From NCBI GenBank assembly GCA_965648905.1, contig CBFGIT010000013.1, positions 17,108-81,107 on the forward strand: 64,000 nt of DNA. Direction: 5' to 3'. The DNA is from a candidate division WOR-3 bacterium (lineage in GTDB: Bacteria > Hydrothermota > Tepidihabitantia > Tepidihabitantales > Tepidihabitantaceae). This document shows positions 27,910-38,510 of the stretch, piece after piece. The notes under the pieces are model-generated. The model ran no database searches, was not told the DNA's origin, and saw only the letters and a program-made list of their open reading frames with translations. A program made the translations under genes and the position numbers. Each line of letters starts with the position of its first letter. Positions within the stretch are counted from its first letter, which is position 1.

Positions 27910-29982
27910 ATGCGAGCCGCACCAGTGCAGTCGGTGCCGCCGAGTGACGCCGGCCGGCAGCTTCGTCTCATCCTGCTGCTTGTGGGACTCCTCCACCTGG
28001 TCGGCTGCCCGGCAGAAGACACCACTCCGCCGACGGTTGAAATCCTGACACCAGTCGCCGGTGACACCGTCTCCGGCATTGTACCGATTCGGGTGAAGGC
28101 AACTGACAACCGCGGCGTGGTCCAGGTTCAGTTCCTGATTGACGGCAACCTGCTCGGCATCGACTCCTTGCCGGACCAGAACGTCTTCGCTTTGAGCTGG
28201 AATGCTGCCGGGTTGGCTCCAGGTTCGGCCCGCGTTGTCGGCTGCGCAGCGCTCGACCGTGCCGGTAACCGCGCCGCGGCCGAGGTCGAGGTATTCATCA
28301 ACCCCGCTGCCGGCACCCGTCATCGCGGTCCGATTACCGCGCCCGAAACCTGGACCGCGGCTGGCAACCCCCACGTGGTCGAAGCAGACTTGTCCGTCGA
28401 GACGCGGCTCGCGCTTGAACCGGGCGTGGTTGTGCTGGTTGCTGACCGGGCCAGGATTACTGCCGGCAGTCGGTATCCGGCTGCAATCGTCTGCCGGGGC
28501 CAGCCCGACTCCGGGATCACCATCACGGCGCTCTCCTCAAGCCCGGGCCCGGGAGCCTGGCAGGGGATCGAGCTGCTGAGTAATTGCCAACCGGACAGCT
28601 CGGTCTTCGAATACTGCACCATCGAGTGTGGCGGCGGCAATGGTCGGGCTCTGGTTTCGAGCGACGGAGCGCGACCGGCCCTGAAGAACTGCGTGCTCCG
28701 CCGCGGCGCCGGTTCAGGCGTGGTTGCGACCCGGCTCGGGTTCAACCTGTTCACCAACAACGTAGTCAGCGACTGCGCCGGGTTCCCGGTATCGGTCGAT
28801 GCCGGCTCGGTCTCAACCATCGGAACGAACAACAATCTCACCGGCAATGCCCTCCGCGCTATCGAGGTCACCGGCGGCAGGCTTACCGTTTCGACCAACT
28901 GGCCCAATCGGTTTCTGCCCTACTGCGTTACTTCGACCGTGACGGTTGCCGGTGATTCCAACCCGCTTCTGACGATTGCCCCGGGCTGCTCCCTGCTTTT
29001 CGCCGACAGCGTCCGTCTGCGCATCGGCGCGGGCGCACCGGGTGGACTGGCGGCCGACGGCTCGTATGGGCGGATTGTCTTCGGGCCGTTCTCGCCCGCT
29101 CCGGCACCAGGTTCCTGGCGTGGCATCGAGTTCTGGGAAAGGACCGATGTCAACCGCACCGTGCTCCGTTTCTGTCGGGTGGAGTATGCGGGTCTTGCCG
29201 GTTCGGCCGCGGTGGCGTGCTACTCGGCTCCGATCACGCTGACCGGCTGCTGCATCAGCTCCGGAGCCGGCGACGGACTCCTCTGCACCAATTGCGGATT
29301 CATCAGTCTGGAGTACGACACGGTCGTCAACTGCGCCGGCTATCCGCTGCGCATCGGTGCGGCCTTTGTCGCCTCGCTCGGCGCAGGCAACGCTTTCACC
29401 GGCAACGGTCGCGACAGTATTCTCGTGCTCGGCGGCACAATCACCCGCAACGCCCAGTGGCGACGCCACGACGTCCCCTATTCTGTCAAGGGCATGGTCG
29501 AGGTCGGCTCGGCCGACGAACCGGTCCTGACGATCGACCCGGGCGTCCGGCTCTGCTTCACCGATTCCGGGCTCGCGGTGGGCCGGCGCTACCGCGCGAC
29601 CCTGACCGCGGTCGGACTACCCGACTCGATTATCTTCACCGGTGCTGTGTCGGTCCCCGGAGCCTGGCGCGGAGTTGAGCTGCATGCGTATGCTGACAAC
29701 CGCTCGCGCCTTTTCCGCTGTTGCCTGCGCTACGGCGGCAGCAGCGGCCGGGGCATACTCTATGTCGACAGTTGTGTCCCGAGCGTGCTTGAAAACGAAG
29801 TCGCCTACTCTGGCAGCTACTGCGCGTACCTGTGGAACACCGACCTCGAAGCCGACTCGCTCATCGCCCACAACTGGCTGCACGACCCGGCACCGGGTTA
29901 TGACACCGTGTTCGAGGGCGGGCGGACGACTACAGCTCGGCCAGCAGGTCCTCGTAGACTCCCAGCAGGTCGGTTTCGATAA
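27910..29982 (+). CDS. Lipoprotein with Ig-like domain and three beta-helix repeat modules
   Basis: Lipobox LVGC; DTTPPTV..P..G..VSG.V.I...ATDN.GV..V.F.IDG Ig motif; PG.W.G.E three times. Confidence 0.8.
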   Translation: MRAAPVQSVPPSDAGRQLRLILLLVGLLHLVGCPAEDTTPPTVEILTPVAGDTVSGIVPIRVKATDNRGVVQVQFLIDGNLLGIDSLPDQNVFALSWNAAGLAPGSARVVGCAALDRAGNRAAAEVEVFINPAAGTRHRGPITAPETWTAAGNPHVVEADLSVETRLALEPGVVVLVADRARITAGSRYPAAIVCRGQPDSGITITALSSSPGPGAWQGIELLSNCQPDSSVFEYCTIECGGGNGRALVSSDGARPALKNCVLRRGAGSGVVATRLGFNLFTNNVVSDCAGFPVSVDAGSVSTIGTNNNLTGNALRAIEVTGGRLTVSTNWPNRFLPYCVTSTVTVAGDSNPLLTIAPGCSLLFADSVRLRIGAGAPGGLAADGSYGRIVFGPFSPAPAPGSWRGIEFWERTDVNRTVLRFCRVEYAGLAGSAAVACYSAPITLTGCCISSGAGDGLLCTNCGFISLEYDTVVNCAGYPLRIGAAFVASLGAGNAFTGNGRDSILVLGGTITRNAQWRRHDVPYSVKGMVEVGSADEPVLTIDPGVRLCFTDSGLAVGRRYRATLTAVGLPDSIIFTGAVSVPGAWRGVELHAYADNRSRLFRCCLRYGGSSGRGILYVDSCVPSVLENEVAYSGSYCAYLWNTDLEADSLIAHNWLHDPAPGYDTVFEGGRTTTARPAGPRRLPAGRFR

Positions 29983-31171
29983 GCTCGATCTCCTGGAAGG
30001 CTACGGCCAGCTTTTCCTGATCTTTGACCGAGCCCGGACGGACTCCGCTCCGAACGATGCCGTCGAGCTTGGCGATGATCGCGACATTGTCTGCGATCGC
30101 ATCGTCAAGCAGGACCGCCAGTTCCGGCAGCGCCTCGCGCATGTCGGCGAAAAACCGGTTGGCGCTTTCCCGGTTCGCGCGCAGTGTCCAAAGCAGCCGA
30201 TCAAAGTCGGCCTGGCTGCCGGTCCCACACACCGGACAGAACGGCACTGTGTCCAACGCGCCAATCAGCAGGTCATACGCGGCAATACCTGACTGCCAGC
30301 CGGTGTCGGCAAAGGCCTGGCCCAGCTCCAGGGCGCGGACCAGCACCTCGGACAACACGGTCTCCGGGTCCTCCTCGGCATTGCCCACGCGCCGCACCTC
30401 GTAAGCCTGGATGATGTCACCGGTCAGCGGCAGCTCGTCGGCCGAACCAAGGCTGTAGCCGTAGATTAGCGAGTCGTCCGGGTCGTAGCGCACCGCCACA
30501 CCCCAGTAGTCTACCTTCTCATCAGGCCACCCGCCCTGCACGAGCACGGTTCGGCCGCGGCTGAGTGCCGTTTTGATGAGCGCGACTGGAGATCCACCCA
30601 AGCCGGTGGTGTCACGCTGGTAGACCAGCCCGAGCGAGAGTCCGGCCATCGCGGCCGCATCACGCAGATAGACCCCGGACGTACCACCAGGCCAAGAAGA
30701 AACACAGGTCCCGGTCCGTGCCGTAAAGGTGAACGACTCCCCGGTCAATGCGGCCAGCCAGTCGTAATCCGCGGTTGCGCCCATGTAGTTGAGAACGTCC
30801 TCCAGGGCGACAGCGAGGCTGCTCGAATAACGCCCGACCTCAGGCATGAACCCCAACTCACCGGGCTGAACCGACAGCGTAATCTCCTCATCACCTCGCA
30901 GCAGAACCAGCGGCACAGCACTGCCCGAGCTGGTCTGCTCGACAATGAGCTGCCGCAAGTCGTCGTTGCTCTTGACCACCACGTCGTTGTAGGAGATGAC
31001 CAGGTCTCCGGGCTGAAAACCGAGCCGCTCGGCCTGACTTCCGGGCAGGACCTGCCAAACAATAGGCCGTGCGACGCGCTCGTAGACCACGCCGGGCGGA
31101 GAGCCGATTTCACCCCGGCGGCAGACCACGCCCGCCACGAGCGCGACCGCGACCAAGAAACTTCTTTTCAT
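29930..31171 (-). CDS. PDZ domain-containing exported protein
   Basis: V.PGSQAE.LG.QPGDL..SYN PDZ motif after a signal-like N-terminus; AGGAG RBS. Confidence 0.75.
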   Translation of the reverse strand: MKRSFLVAVALVAGVVCRRGEIGSPPGVVYERVARPIVWQVLPGSQAERLGFQPGDLVISYNDVVVKSNDDLRQLIVEQTSSGSAVPLVLLRGDEEITLSVQPGELGFMPEVGRYSSSLAVALEDVLNYMGATADYDWLAALTGESFTFTARTGTCVSSWPGGTSGVYLRDAAAMAGLSLGLVYQRDTTGLGGSPVALIKTALSRGRTVLVQGGWPDEKVDYWGVAVRYDPDDSLIYGYSLGSADELPLTGDIIQAYEVRRVGNAEEDPETVLSEVLVRALELGQAFADTGWQSGIAAYDLLIGALDTVPFCPVCGTGSQADFDRLLWTLRANRESANRFFADMREALPELAVLLDDAIADNVAIIAKLDGIVRSGVRPGSVKDQEKLAVAFQEIELIETDLLGVYEDLLAEL

Positions 31172-31263
31172 CGGGAACTCCTTCTACGCCATGCGTACCG
31201 CGCTCCACCGCCACTCACGGCGTGGAGTGCAGGCCGTCCGGCGTCCTGGGTTTGTGCCAGTAC

Positions 31264-31292
31264 CATAACTGCCAACTAGTCATGCAATTATG
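31264..31292. promoter_or_regulatory. N15-spaced palindrome (stand-alone family copy)
   Basis: CATAACT-N15-AATTATG. Confidence 0.55.
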
Positions 31293-31393
31293 CGTCTGGA
31301 ATCACCAAAAGGCAAGGGAAATCTTGCCCGACCATCAAGGCCGGGCTGCACAGCTCGAGCGACGAAGACCCGATGGGCAGCCGAGCGCTGCGG

Positions 31394-32425
31394 TTACGAC
31401 GGACGGGTCGCGACTACCGGCTCGTTGAGGCTCGACGACGCGTCGAGCTTGACCGCCACGTCGGCCAGTCCCTGACAGAGTGCCTGGACCTGTCCATCCG
31501 ACATCCCGCTCTCGCGGATTCTGGGCCAGACCGTCCTGGCCAGGGTCGCAGCCGAGTAAGCAACGCGCACGTTCACAAAACCTGCCTCCTCCAGCGCCTG
31601 CTTCATTGTCGCGGCAGTGAAGTGCTCCAGCTCGTAGAACGACGCGCCGACAATCAAACTCTGATGACGCTCAAGGAACTGCAGGCCGACCTCAGGGTTG
31701 GTCGACGGACTACGACCGATGCGCTCCATCAGGTCTCTGAGCTTGGTGAAGGCTTCCTTCATCTCGGGAGTGACGGCGAACTTGACCAGATAGCTGCGCT
31801 CCCAGGCCGGCCGGGAGTGCTTGATGACATAGTGATACCCGAGCGAGTCCGCGGTCTCGGTCAAGAGCACGTCTTCCTCGAACCCACGCTCCCTGCCCTC
31901 GTATGATTCAAACTCGATCCGGAACTTTCCGCCCGGCTTCATCACGCGGAAGACCTCACTCAACGCCTGCTGCGGGTCGGGTGTCTGCTCGATCGAGCTG
32001 GCGGCAACCGCGCCGTCAAAGCTCCGGTCCGGGAAGTCAAGCTTGATGGCCGACATCTGTTTCACAATCACGTTCTTCAGACCCAGCCGCTCGGCATGGG
32101 CCTGAATCACCGCGCCCCGCTTCGGTGAAGGCTCAACGCCGGTCACCGACTTGAAGAGCGGTGCCAGCCGCAGCAGGGGCCAGCCGTCACCCGGTCCGAT
32201 GTCGAGGATATCCTGAGCCACTCCCAGGTGCGCAGCAAAATCCCGAATCCGAGCCTCGTCGAGGAAGTGCTCCTCCTGGCGGTAGTCAGGCACGACGTCA
32301 ATGACCGGGAGTCTGCCCTCGCCCTGCCGCTCGAGGCGGTCATAGAGCTGTTCGGCGCTGGTCGACTCAATCGGGTTGGTTTCTTTGACAATCCAGGTTT
32401 CCAGGACGGTGTACTTCTTCGCCAT
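31394..32425 (-). CDS. Class I SAM-dependent methyltransferase
   Basis: ILDIGPGDG motif I; GVEPS; L.FPD.SFD; RVMKPGG. Confidence 0.85.
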   Translation of the reverse strand: MAKKYTVLETWIVKETNPIESTSAEQLYDRLERQGEGRLPVIDVVPDYRQEEHFLDEARIRDFAAHLGVAQDILDIGPGDGWPLLRLAPLFKSVTGVEPSPKRGAVIQAHAERLGLKNVIVKQMSAIKLDFPDRSFDGAVAASSIEQTPDPQQALSEVFRVMKPGGKFRIEFESYEGRERGFEEDVLLTETADSLGYHYVIKHSRPAWERSYLVKFAVTPEMKEAFTKLRDLMERIGRSPSTNPEVGLQFLERHQSLIVGASFYELEHFTAATMKQALEEAGFVNVRVAYSAATLARTVWPRIRESGMSDGQVQALCQGLADVAVKLDASSSLNEPVVATRPS

Positions 32426-32629
32426 ATTCGTCGAATCTTACCCGGTGCTGCTCCGAAGTCAAGGCAGCGAGCTGGCGGCTGCGGTAAGGCCGCTTCGCAG
32501 ACCGACTTTTTCGGCCCCGCCGGCAGCGCGTCTGCCGTGCCCGGTCCAGGCCGGCTGCGCACCTGCATTCCGGCTCGCCGGGCCGCGGATTACCTTGACT
32601 TTGCCCCGACTGCCGCTAACGTAAGTATC

Positions 32630-33532
32630 ATGATGGCCCTGATTCTTGCGTTTGGTGTGGTTTCAATCGACCCCAGCGCCGGAACGACCGGCTTTGATTT
32701 TCTCAGGATTCCGCCCGGCGCACGCGAGGCGGCAATGGGTGGCGCCGCCACCGCGGTTGCCGGCAGTCCGATGTCGTTCTGGTACAACCCCGGCCACGCG
32801 GTTGCCACCGGCAAATCGCGGGCCCAGGTAAGCTACCTCAACTACGTTGCCGGCATTCATCTCGGCGCCCTCGCCTACCACCAGGAACTATCATCCCGAC
32901 AGGGCATGGGTGCGGCAATCGTCTATCTCAACTCCGGTACGATGAAACGCACCAGCGAGAATGCCGAGGAACTCGGCACCTTCGGCGTCTCCTATGCCGA
33001 CCTGAACCTCAGCACCGCGCTCAACGTGATACCCGAACTGGACTTAGGTATCGGACTGCACGGGCTGTACGGCTCGATCGACAACTTCTTCAGCCTGGGG
33101 ATTGCGGCCAGCGTGGGCGCGACCTACCGGCTGCCGGTCACCGGACTCTGTGCCGGCCTGGCAGTCCAGCATCTCGGCTACCAGGCAAAACCGTTTCAGG
33201 AAGACCGCGACCCGATGCCGCTTGACTTCGGCCTCGGGCTGGGGTTCGAACCCAACCCGGCGCTGACCCTCGCCCTGGACCTGCACAAGCCGATTGACAA
33301 CCGCATCAACGTCCGCGCCGGTATCGAAGGCCGGGTCGGCGACGTCCTCACCATCCGGGGCGGCTATTCTTCACTCGGACTCGACTGGCAGTCGGGCGGC
33401 GGCTCCGACATCCTTGCCGGCCTCACCACCGGGCTCGGGTTCCGCTGGCGGGACTATGTACTTGACTACTGCTTCATCCCGATGGTCGAGCTCGGTATGG
33501 CCCACCGGCTGTCGCTTGGCTTCTCCTTCTAG
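32630..33532 (+). CDS. PorV/PorQ-family outer-membrane beta-barrel protein
   Basis: FL.I..GAR..AMGGA, .NPG, final DY......ELG..HR.SL.FSF ending in Phe. Confidence 0.85.
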   Translation: MMALILAFGVVSIDPSAGTTGFDFLRIPPGAREAAMGGAATAVAGSPMSFWYNPGHAVATGKSRAQVSYLNYVAGIHLGALAYHQELSSRQGMGAAIVYLNSGTMKRTSENAEELGTFGVSYADLNLSTALNVIPELDLGIGLHGLYGSIDNFFSLGIAASVGATYRLPVTGLCAGLAVQHLGYQAKPFQEDRDPMPLDFGLGLGFEPNPALTLALDLHKPIDNRINVRAGIEGRVGDVLTIRGGYSSLGLDWQSGGGSDILAGLTTGLGFRWRDYVLDYCFIPMVELGMAHRLSLGFSF

Positions 33533-33559
33533 CCGGATGTTCGCTTCGCCCGGACCAGC

Positions 33560-34510
33560 ATGAAGAAACAGTTCATCAAAGACCTGAAACCCGGAACCCA
33601 GGTTGACGACGTCTTCTACTGCTCGCGCCGTGATGTCCGCGAGCGGCGCGACGGCGGCGCGTTCCTGATGCTTGAGTTTCGCGACAAGACCGGCTCGGTC
33701 AACGCCGTAATGTGGGACCGGGTCGAGGACGCACTGCAGTGTCTTGAAGCGGGCGGCTTCTATCGGGTCATGGGTAAGTTCGGCGAGTATCAGGGCAAGC
33801 CGCAGCTCACGGTCAACGTCATCTATCCGGTGGCAACCGGTGAAGTCACGCGCGATGACTTTGTCGCCGCCTCGCGCTTCAACCGCGACGAAATGCTCGC
33901 CGAGCTGCGTGGCTTCATTGCCGGAGTCAAGAACGTCCATCTCCGTGCCCTGCTCGACTCGTTCTTTGACGACCCCAGGTTCGTCGAGCAGTTCTGCCTG
34001 GTTCCGGCCGGGGCTCGGGTTCACCACGCCTACCTTGGCGGCCTGCTCGAACACACCCTGATGATGTGCCGCGGTGCCCGGCTGCTGCCCGAGATCTACC
34101 CCGAGGTTGACCACGACCTGCTGATGACCGGCATCATTCTCCACGACATCGGCAAGATCAAGGAGTACGTCTACGACATCGCCATCGACCACACGCTCGA
34201 CGGCCGACTCCTCGGACATCTGGTCATGGGCTGCCAGATGGTTGAGGAGAAGCTTGCCGGCCTGCCCGGCTTTCCTGATGAGCTCTCGCGCCTCATCCGC
34301 CACATCATCCTCTCCCACCACGGCGAGATGGAGTTCGGCTCACCCAAGACCCCCAAGTTCGTCGAGGCATTTGCCGTCTACTCGCTCGACTACCTCGATT
34401 CGCGGGTCGCCATCTTCCGCGAAATGGTCGAGAAGAACCGCCACGTCAAGTGGACCGACTTCAACGACTACCTCGAGTCGAACGTCTACGTTCGCGGCCC
34501 GGTCGGCTAG
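33560..34510 (+). CDS. yhaM: OB-fold plus HD-domain 3'-5' exoribonuclease (YhaM family)
   Basis: D.TG...A..WD OB fold; HHAY.GGLLEH, LHDIGK, SHHG..E.GSP..P motifs. Confidence 0.88.
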   Translation: MKKQFIKDLKPGTQVDDVFYCSRRDVRERRDGGAFLMLEFRDKTGSVNAVMWDRVEDALQCLEAGGFYRVMGKFGEYQGKPQLTVNVIYPVATGEVTRDDFVAASRFNRDEMLAELRGFIAGVKNVHLRALLDSFFDDPRFVEQFCLVPAGARVHHAYLGGLLEHTLMMCRGARLLPEIYPEVDHDLLMTGIILHDIGKIKEYVYDIAIDHTLDGRLLGHLVMGCQMVEEKLAGLPGFPDELSRLIRHIILSHHGEMEFGSPKTPKFVEAFAVYSLDYLDSRVAIFREMVEKNRHVKWTDFNDYLESNVYVRGPVG

Positions 34511-34525
34511 CCGCTCTGCCACAGT

Positions 34526-35164
34526 TTGGACCCGTCCTTCGACCGCCTCGCGGCCGCCTGCGCTCAGCTCGGCGTCACGCTGACCGAAGACCACTACCGG
34601 GCACTCTGCCGCTATGCCGCGCTGACCCGGGAGTACAACTCGCGCGTCAACCTCGTCTCCCGCCGCGACATCGACCGCATCATCACCTACCATGTCGTTG
34701 ACTCGCTGGCCGCGGCCCGGCTTATCCCGGACCAGACCCGCTGCTGCGACATCGGCACCGGTGCCGGTCTGCCCGGGATTCCGCTCGCGGTTGTCCGCTC
34801 TGACCTCAGGATGGTTCTTGTCGAGTCGATTCAGAAGAAGTGTCGGTTCCTGGTTCGTGCCGTCGAGGAACTCGGCCTGGGCCAGACCGAGGTGATATGC
34901 GGCCGGGCCGAATCGCTTGCCCCGCTCGGCTGCGCGGTCGTGCTCAGTCGGCTCACCGGGCCGACCCCGCGAACCCTTGCGGCGATTGCTCATCACGCAC
35001 AGTTGACCGGAATAGTCGTGCTCTACAAGAACCCGGCTGCAACTGACCCGCCGCCATCGCTGCTCGCCCGGCACGGACTGACGCTGGAGCGCCGGCTCGA
35101 CCTCGTACTGCCCCTCAGCCCGGTTCCGCGCCGTCTGCTGCTCCTGCGCCGCATCGCTCAGTAA
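34526..35164 (+). CDS. rsmG: 16S rRNA m7G527 methyltransferase
   Basis: N..VNL, H..DSL, DIGTGAGLPGIPLA, ES..KK..FL, RAE motifs. Confidence 0.92.
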   Translation: MDPSFDRLAAACAQLGVTLTEDHYRALCRYAALTREYNSRVNLVSRRDIDRIITYHVVDSLAAARLIPDQTRCCDIGTGAGLPGIPLAVVRSDLRMVLVESIQKKCRFLVRAVEELGLGQTEVICGRAESLAPLGCAVVLSRLTGPTPRTLAAIAHHAQLTGIVVLYKNPAATDPPPSLLARHGLTLERRLDLVLPLSPVPRRLLLLRRIAQ

Positions 35165-35171
35165 CGAAACT

Positions 35172-35203
35172 CCCGGCCCGAGACGCGGCCGGGGCAAAGA
35201 AAA
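35172..35203. terminator. Hairpin between convergent rsmG and 5S rRNA
   Basis: CCCGGCC...GGCCGGG stem next to an A-rich run. Confidence 0.45.
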
Positions 35204-35320
35204 CCCGGCAGCGACCTACTCTCCCATGCCGTTACCAGCACAGTACCATCGGCCCTGGAGGGCTTAACGACTCTGTTCGGTATGGGAAGAGGTGTGGCCC
35301 CTCCGGTGTTACCGCCGGGA
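35204..35320 (-). rRNA. rrf: 5S rRNA
   Basis: Reverse complement contains CCCATACCGAAAC-like loop, GCCGATGGTACTG and GAGAGTAGGTCGCTGCC. Confidence 0.95.
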
Positions 35321-35661
35321 ATTAGTCAAACGTTTAAGGAGAAGAAGCAGACTGAAATCTCAAGCCGCACGGCTTATTAGTACCACTCGGCTTAACGCAT
35401 TGCTGCGCTTCCACCTGTGGCCTATCGCCTGGTAGTCTACCAGGAGCCTTCAGCGTGTCCGCCCTTGCGGGCAGACACTGGGGAGACCTAATCTTGGGAG
35501 GGGCTTCCCGCTTAGATGCCTTCAGCGGTTATCCCGTCCGTACTTGTCTACCGAGCAATGCACTTGGCAGTACAGCTCGTACAACAGAGGTACGTCCACC
35601 CAGGTCCTCTCGTACTATGGGCAGCTTCCCTCAAGTCTCCTGCGCCCACGATGGATAGAGT

Positions 35662-35694
<33 letters not shown>

Positions 35695-35738
35695 ACGTAC
35701 CGCTTTAATGGGCGAACAGACCAACCCTTGGGACCTTA

Positions 35739-35790
<52 letters not shown>

Positions 35791-36005
35791 ATGTGAACTC
35801 TCGGGCGGAATCAGCCTGTTATCCCCAGAGTACCTTTTGTCCGATGAGCTATGGCCCTTCCACGCAGAGCCACAGGATCACTAGGTCCGACTTTCGTCCC
35901 TGCTCGAGCCGTCGCTCTCACAGTCAGGCCGGCTTATACCCTTACGCTCAACGCACAGTGACCGTCTGTGCTGAGCCGACCTTAGAACGCCTCCGTTACC
36001 ATTTG

Positions 36006-36038
<33 letters not shown>

Positions 36039-36288
36039 CCACTGTCCATTCCCTGGATTACAGGAGAATGTTAGAACCTCAACAGAACAAGGGTGGTATT
36101 TCACCGTTGGCTCCGCCCGGACTAGCGTCCGGGCCTCAAAGCCTCCCACCTATCCTACACATGCCCTGCCAAAATCCAATGACAAGGTATAGTAAAGGTT
36201 CACGGGGTCTTTTTGTCCAATCGCGGGCAGGCGGCATCTTCACCGCCGCTACAGTTTCGCCGGGCTTCTTGTCAAGACAGCGCTCCAC

Positions 36289-36338
<50 letters not shown>

Positions 36339-37012
36339 CATTCGCTCCGGAGCTTTCACCCCGGAATGGACTCTAGCTTAAACCAGTCACGGCTCGCGAC
36401 TGCCCCGGTTCATGGTCGCGGCAATCCGACGGATTCGGGACAAACCCTCCTCGGTCAGATGTGCCTGCTGAACCATCAACCGGACGACACGCGCGAACTT
36501 GCGGAACTCAACTGCCTTCCTGGACCGGAGCGGATGCCGTTCAAAGAACGGCACGACCACCCGGGCAAGACTCGTCAACTCCCTGACCCGCCAGCAGTAG
36601 CGGTCGTCGTGATTGCGGCGGACGACGCCGCAACCCATTGCCGACCGCAGCCGGTGGAGCAGGGCGATATCTCGTCGGTGCTGTACCACCGTCAGTTCCG
36701 GTAGTACTTGACAGCCCAGGCTCATTTTCGGCTGCCGGCTGATGCCGACATGAAAACAGCCTTCACCGTCAACAAACCCGACGATCCAGTCTGGGCTGAG
36801 TCCTCGGCTCTGCAACTGGCTCTCGACGTCTGGTCTCTGAGGGGTCATCTGGATTACTCCTTTCTGACTTCCCTGCGGATTGTCCCCGTGTGCGTGGCAT
36901 TTTTACTGCCCCGGCCTGTCGAAGGCCAGGCGAGTAGCCACGCCTGTTGAGGAGTTTCCCGCATATAGTCGAAGTTGCCTCTGGCATTACTGCCAGAGCA
37001 GGCTAGCGATTA
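36339..37012 (-). mobile_element. Group I intron in 23S rRNA (E. coli-equivalent site L1931)
   Basis: Interrupts CCTAAGGT|AGCGAAAT; 5' exon ends in U, intron ends in G; P3 UCGAC/GUCGA, P4 UGCGGG/UCCGCA, R UCAGAGAC, S AAGCUAGAGUCC, P9 hairpin. Confidence 0.95.
36387..36848 (-). CDS. Single-motif LAGLIDADG homing endonuclease (intron-encoded)
   Basis: WIVGFVDGEGCF, V.Q...D..LL, GCG.V, PFF..HPL...K...F.KF motifs; AAAGGAG RBS inside the intron. Confidence 0.93.
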   Translation of the reverse strand: MTPQRPDVESQLQSRGLSPDWIVGFVDGEGCFHVGISRQPKMSLGCQVLPELTVVQHRRDIALLHRLRSAMGCGVVRRNHDDRYCWRVRELTSLARVVVPFFERHPLRSRKAVEFRKFARVVRLMVQQAHLTEEGLSRIRRIAATMNRGSREP

Positions 37013-38463
37013 ACCTTAGGACCGTTAGAGTTACGGCCGCCGTTTACCGGGGCTTCGGTCGAGACCTTTGCCTTGCGGCTGAGCCCCTTCCTTAACCTTC
37101 CGGCACCGGGCAGGTGTCAGTCCCTATACGTCGCCTTCACGGCTTAGCAGAGACATGTGTTTTTGTTAAACAGTCGGTAGAGCCACTTCACTGCGGCCGG
37201 CTTAGAGCCGGCACCCCTTATCCCGAAGTTACGGGGCTAGATTGCCGAGTTCCTTAACAAGAGGTCACCCGAGCGCCTTTGGATATTCTCCTCGCCCACC
37301 AGTGTCGGTTTACGGTACGGTCACCCGGAAGTCTGGCATAGAGGTTTTTCTCGGCAGTCGGGCCGGCCCGGTTCCGCTCCCTTGCGAGAGCGTCCCATTC
37401 ACTCCAAGGGTTTACGCGCGCGGATTTGCCTACGCGCCGCCCTCGAAGCTTAGACCCCGATCCAACACGGGGCCGGGCCTTTCCTTCTGCGTCACCCCTT
37501 AGCTCGTAACGACTCCAAGGTGGTTCCGGAATGTTGACCGGATTGCCATCGCCTACGCTTTTCAGCCTCGGCTTAGGTACCGACTAACTCTGGGGGGATT
37601 AACCTTCCCCAGAAAACCTTGGGCTTTCGGCGAACAGGTTTCTCACCTGTTTTAACGCTACTCGTTCCGGCATACTCACTTCTGGTTCGTCCAGCGTGCT
37701 TCGCAACACGCCTTCGGCCTACAACAGAACGCTCCCCTACCACTCACGCTTGCGCGCGAGTCCGCGGCTTCGGCGGTATGCTTGATCCCCGTTATATTTT
37801 CAGCGCAAGACCACTCGACTGGTGAGCTGTTACGCACTCTTTAAATGATTGCTGCTTCTAAGCCAACATCCCAGCTGTCTGAGTGACCTCACCTCTTTTT
37901 CAACTTAGCATACACTTCGGGGCCTTAGCCGGCGGTCTGGGTTATTCCCCTCTCGGCCCTGGACCTTAGAGCTCAGAGCCTCTTTCCATGGCTCTAGAGT
38001 TGCGGCATTCGGAGTTTGGTCGGGTTTTCTCCCACATTGTGGGAGAGCGCCCATCCAGTGCTCTACCTCCGCAACTGAACGCCACAGACTGCCCCTAAAG
38101 GCATTTCGGGGAGAACCAGCTATCACCCGGTTTGGTTAGCCTTTCACTCCGACCCACAGCTCATCCGAGACTATTGCAAGGGTCACCGGTTCGGTCCTCC
38201 CTTGAGTGTTACCTCAAGTTCAACCTGGCCATGGGTAGCTCACACGGGTTTCGGGTCCTGCGCATGCTACTGGTCGCCCTGTTAGGACTCGCTTTCGCTT
38301 CGGTTACGGCTCAGAGAGCCTTAGCCTTGCAACATACGCAGACTCGCCGGATCATTATGCAAAAGGCACGCGGTCATCAGAGTTGCCGAACCTTGCGGAA
38401 AGGCAATTCCGACTCCCGCTGATTGTAAGCACATGGTTTCAGGTTCTATTTCACTCCCCGCCA

Positions 38464-38510
<47 letters not shown>

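Noticed and set aside
38370..38420. Extended helices in 23S as possible intervening sequences
   Set aside because: Short variable stems; spliced length of about 3.0 kb is normal
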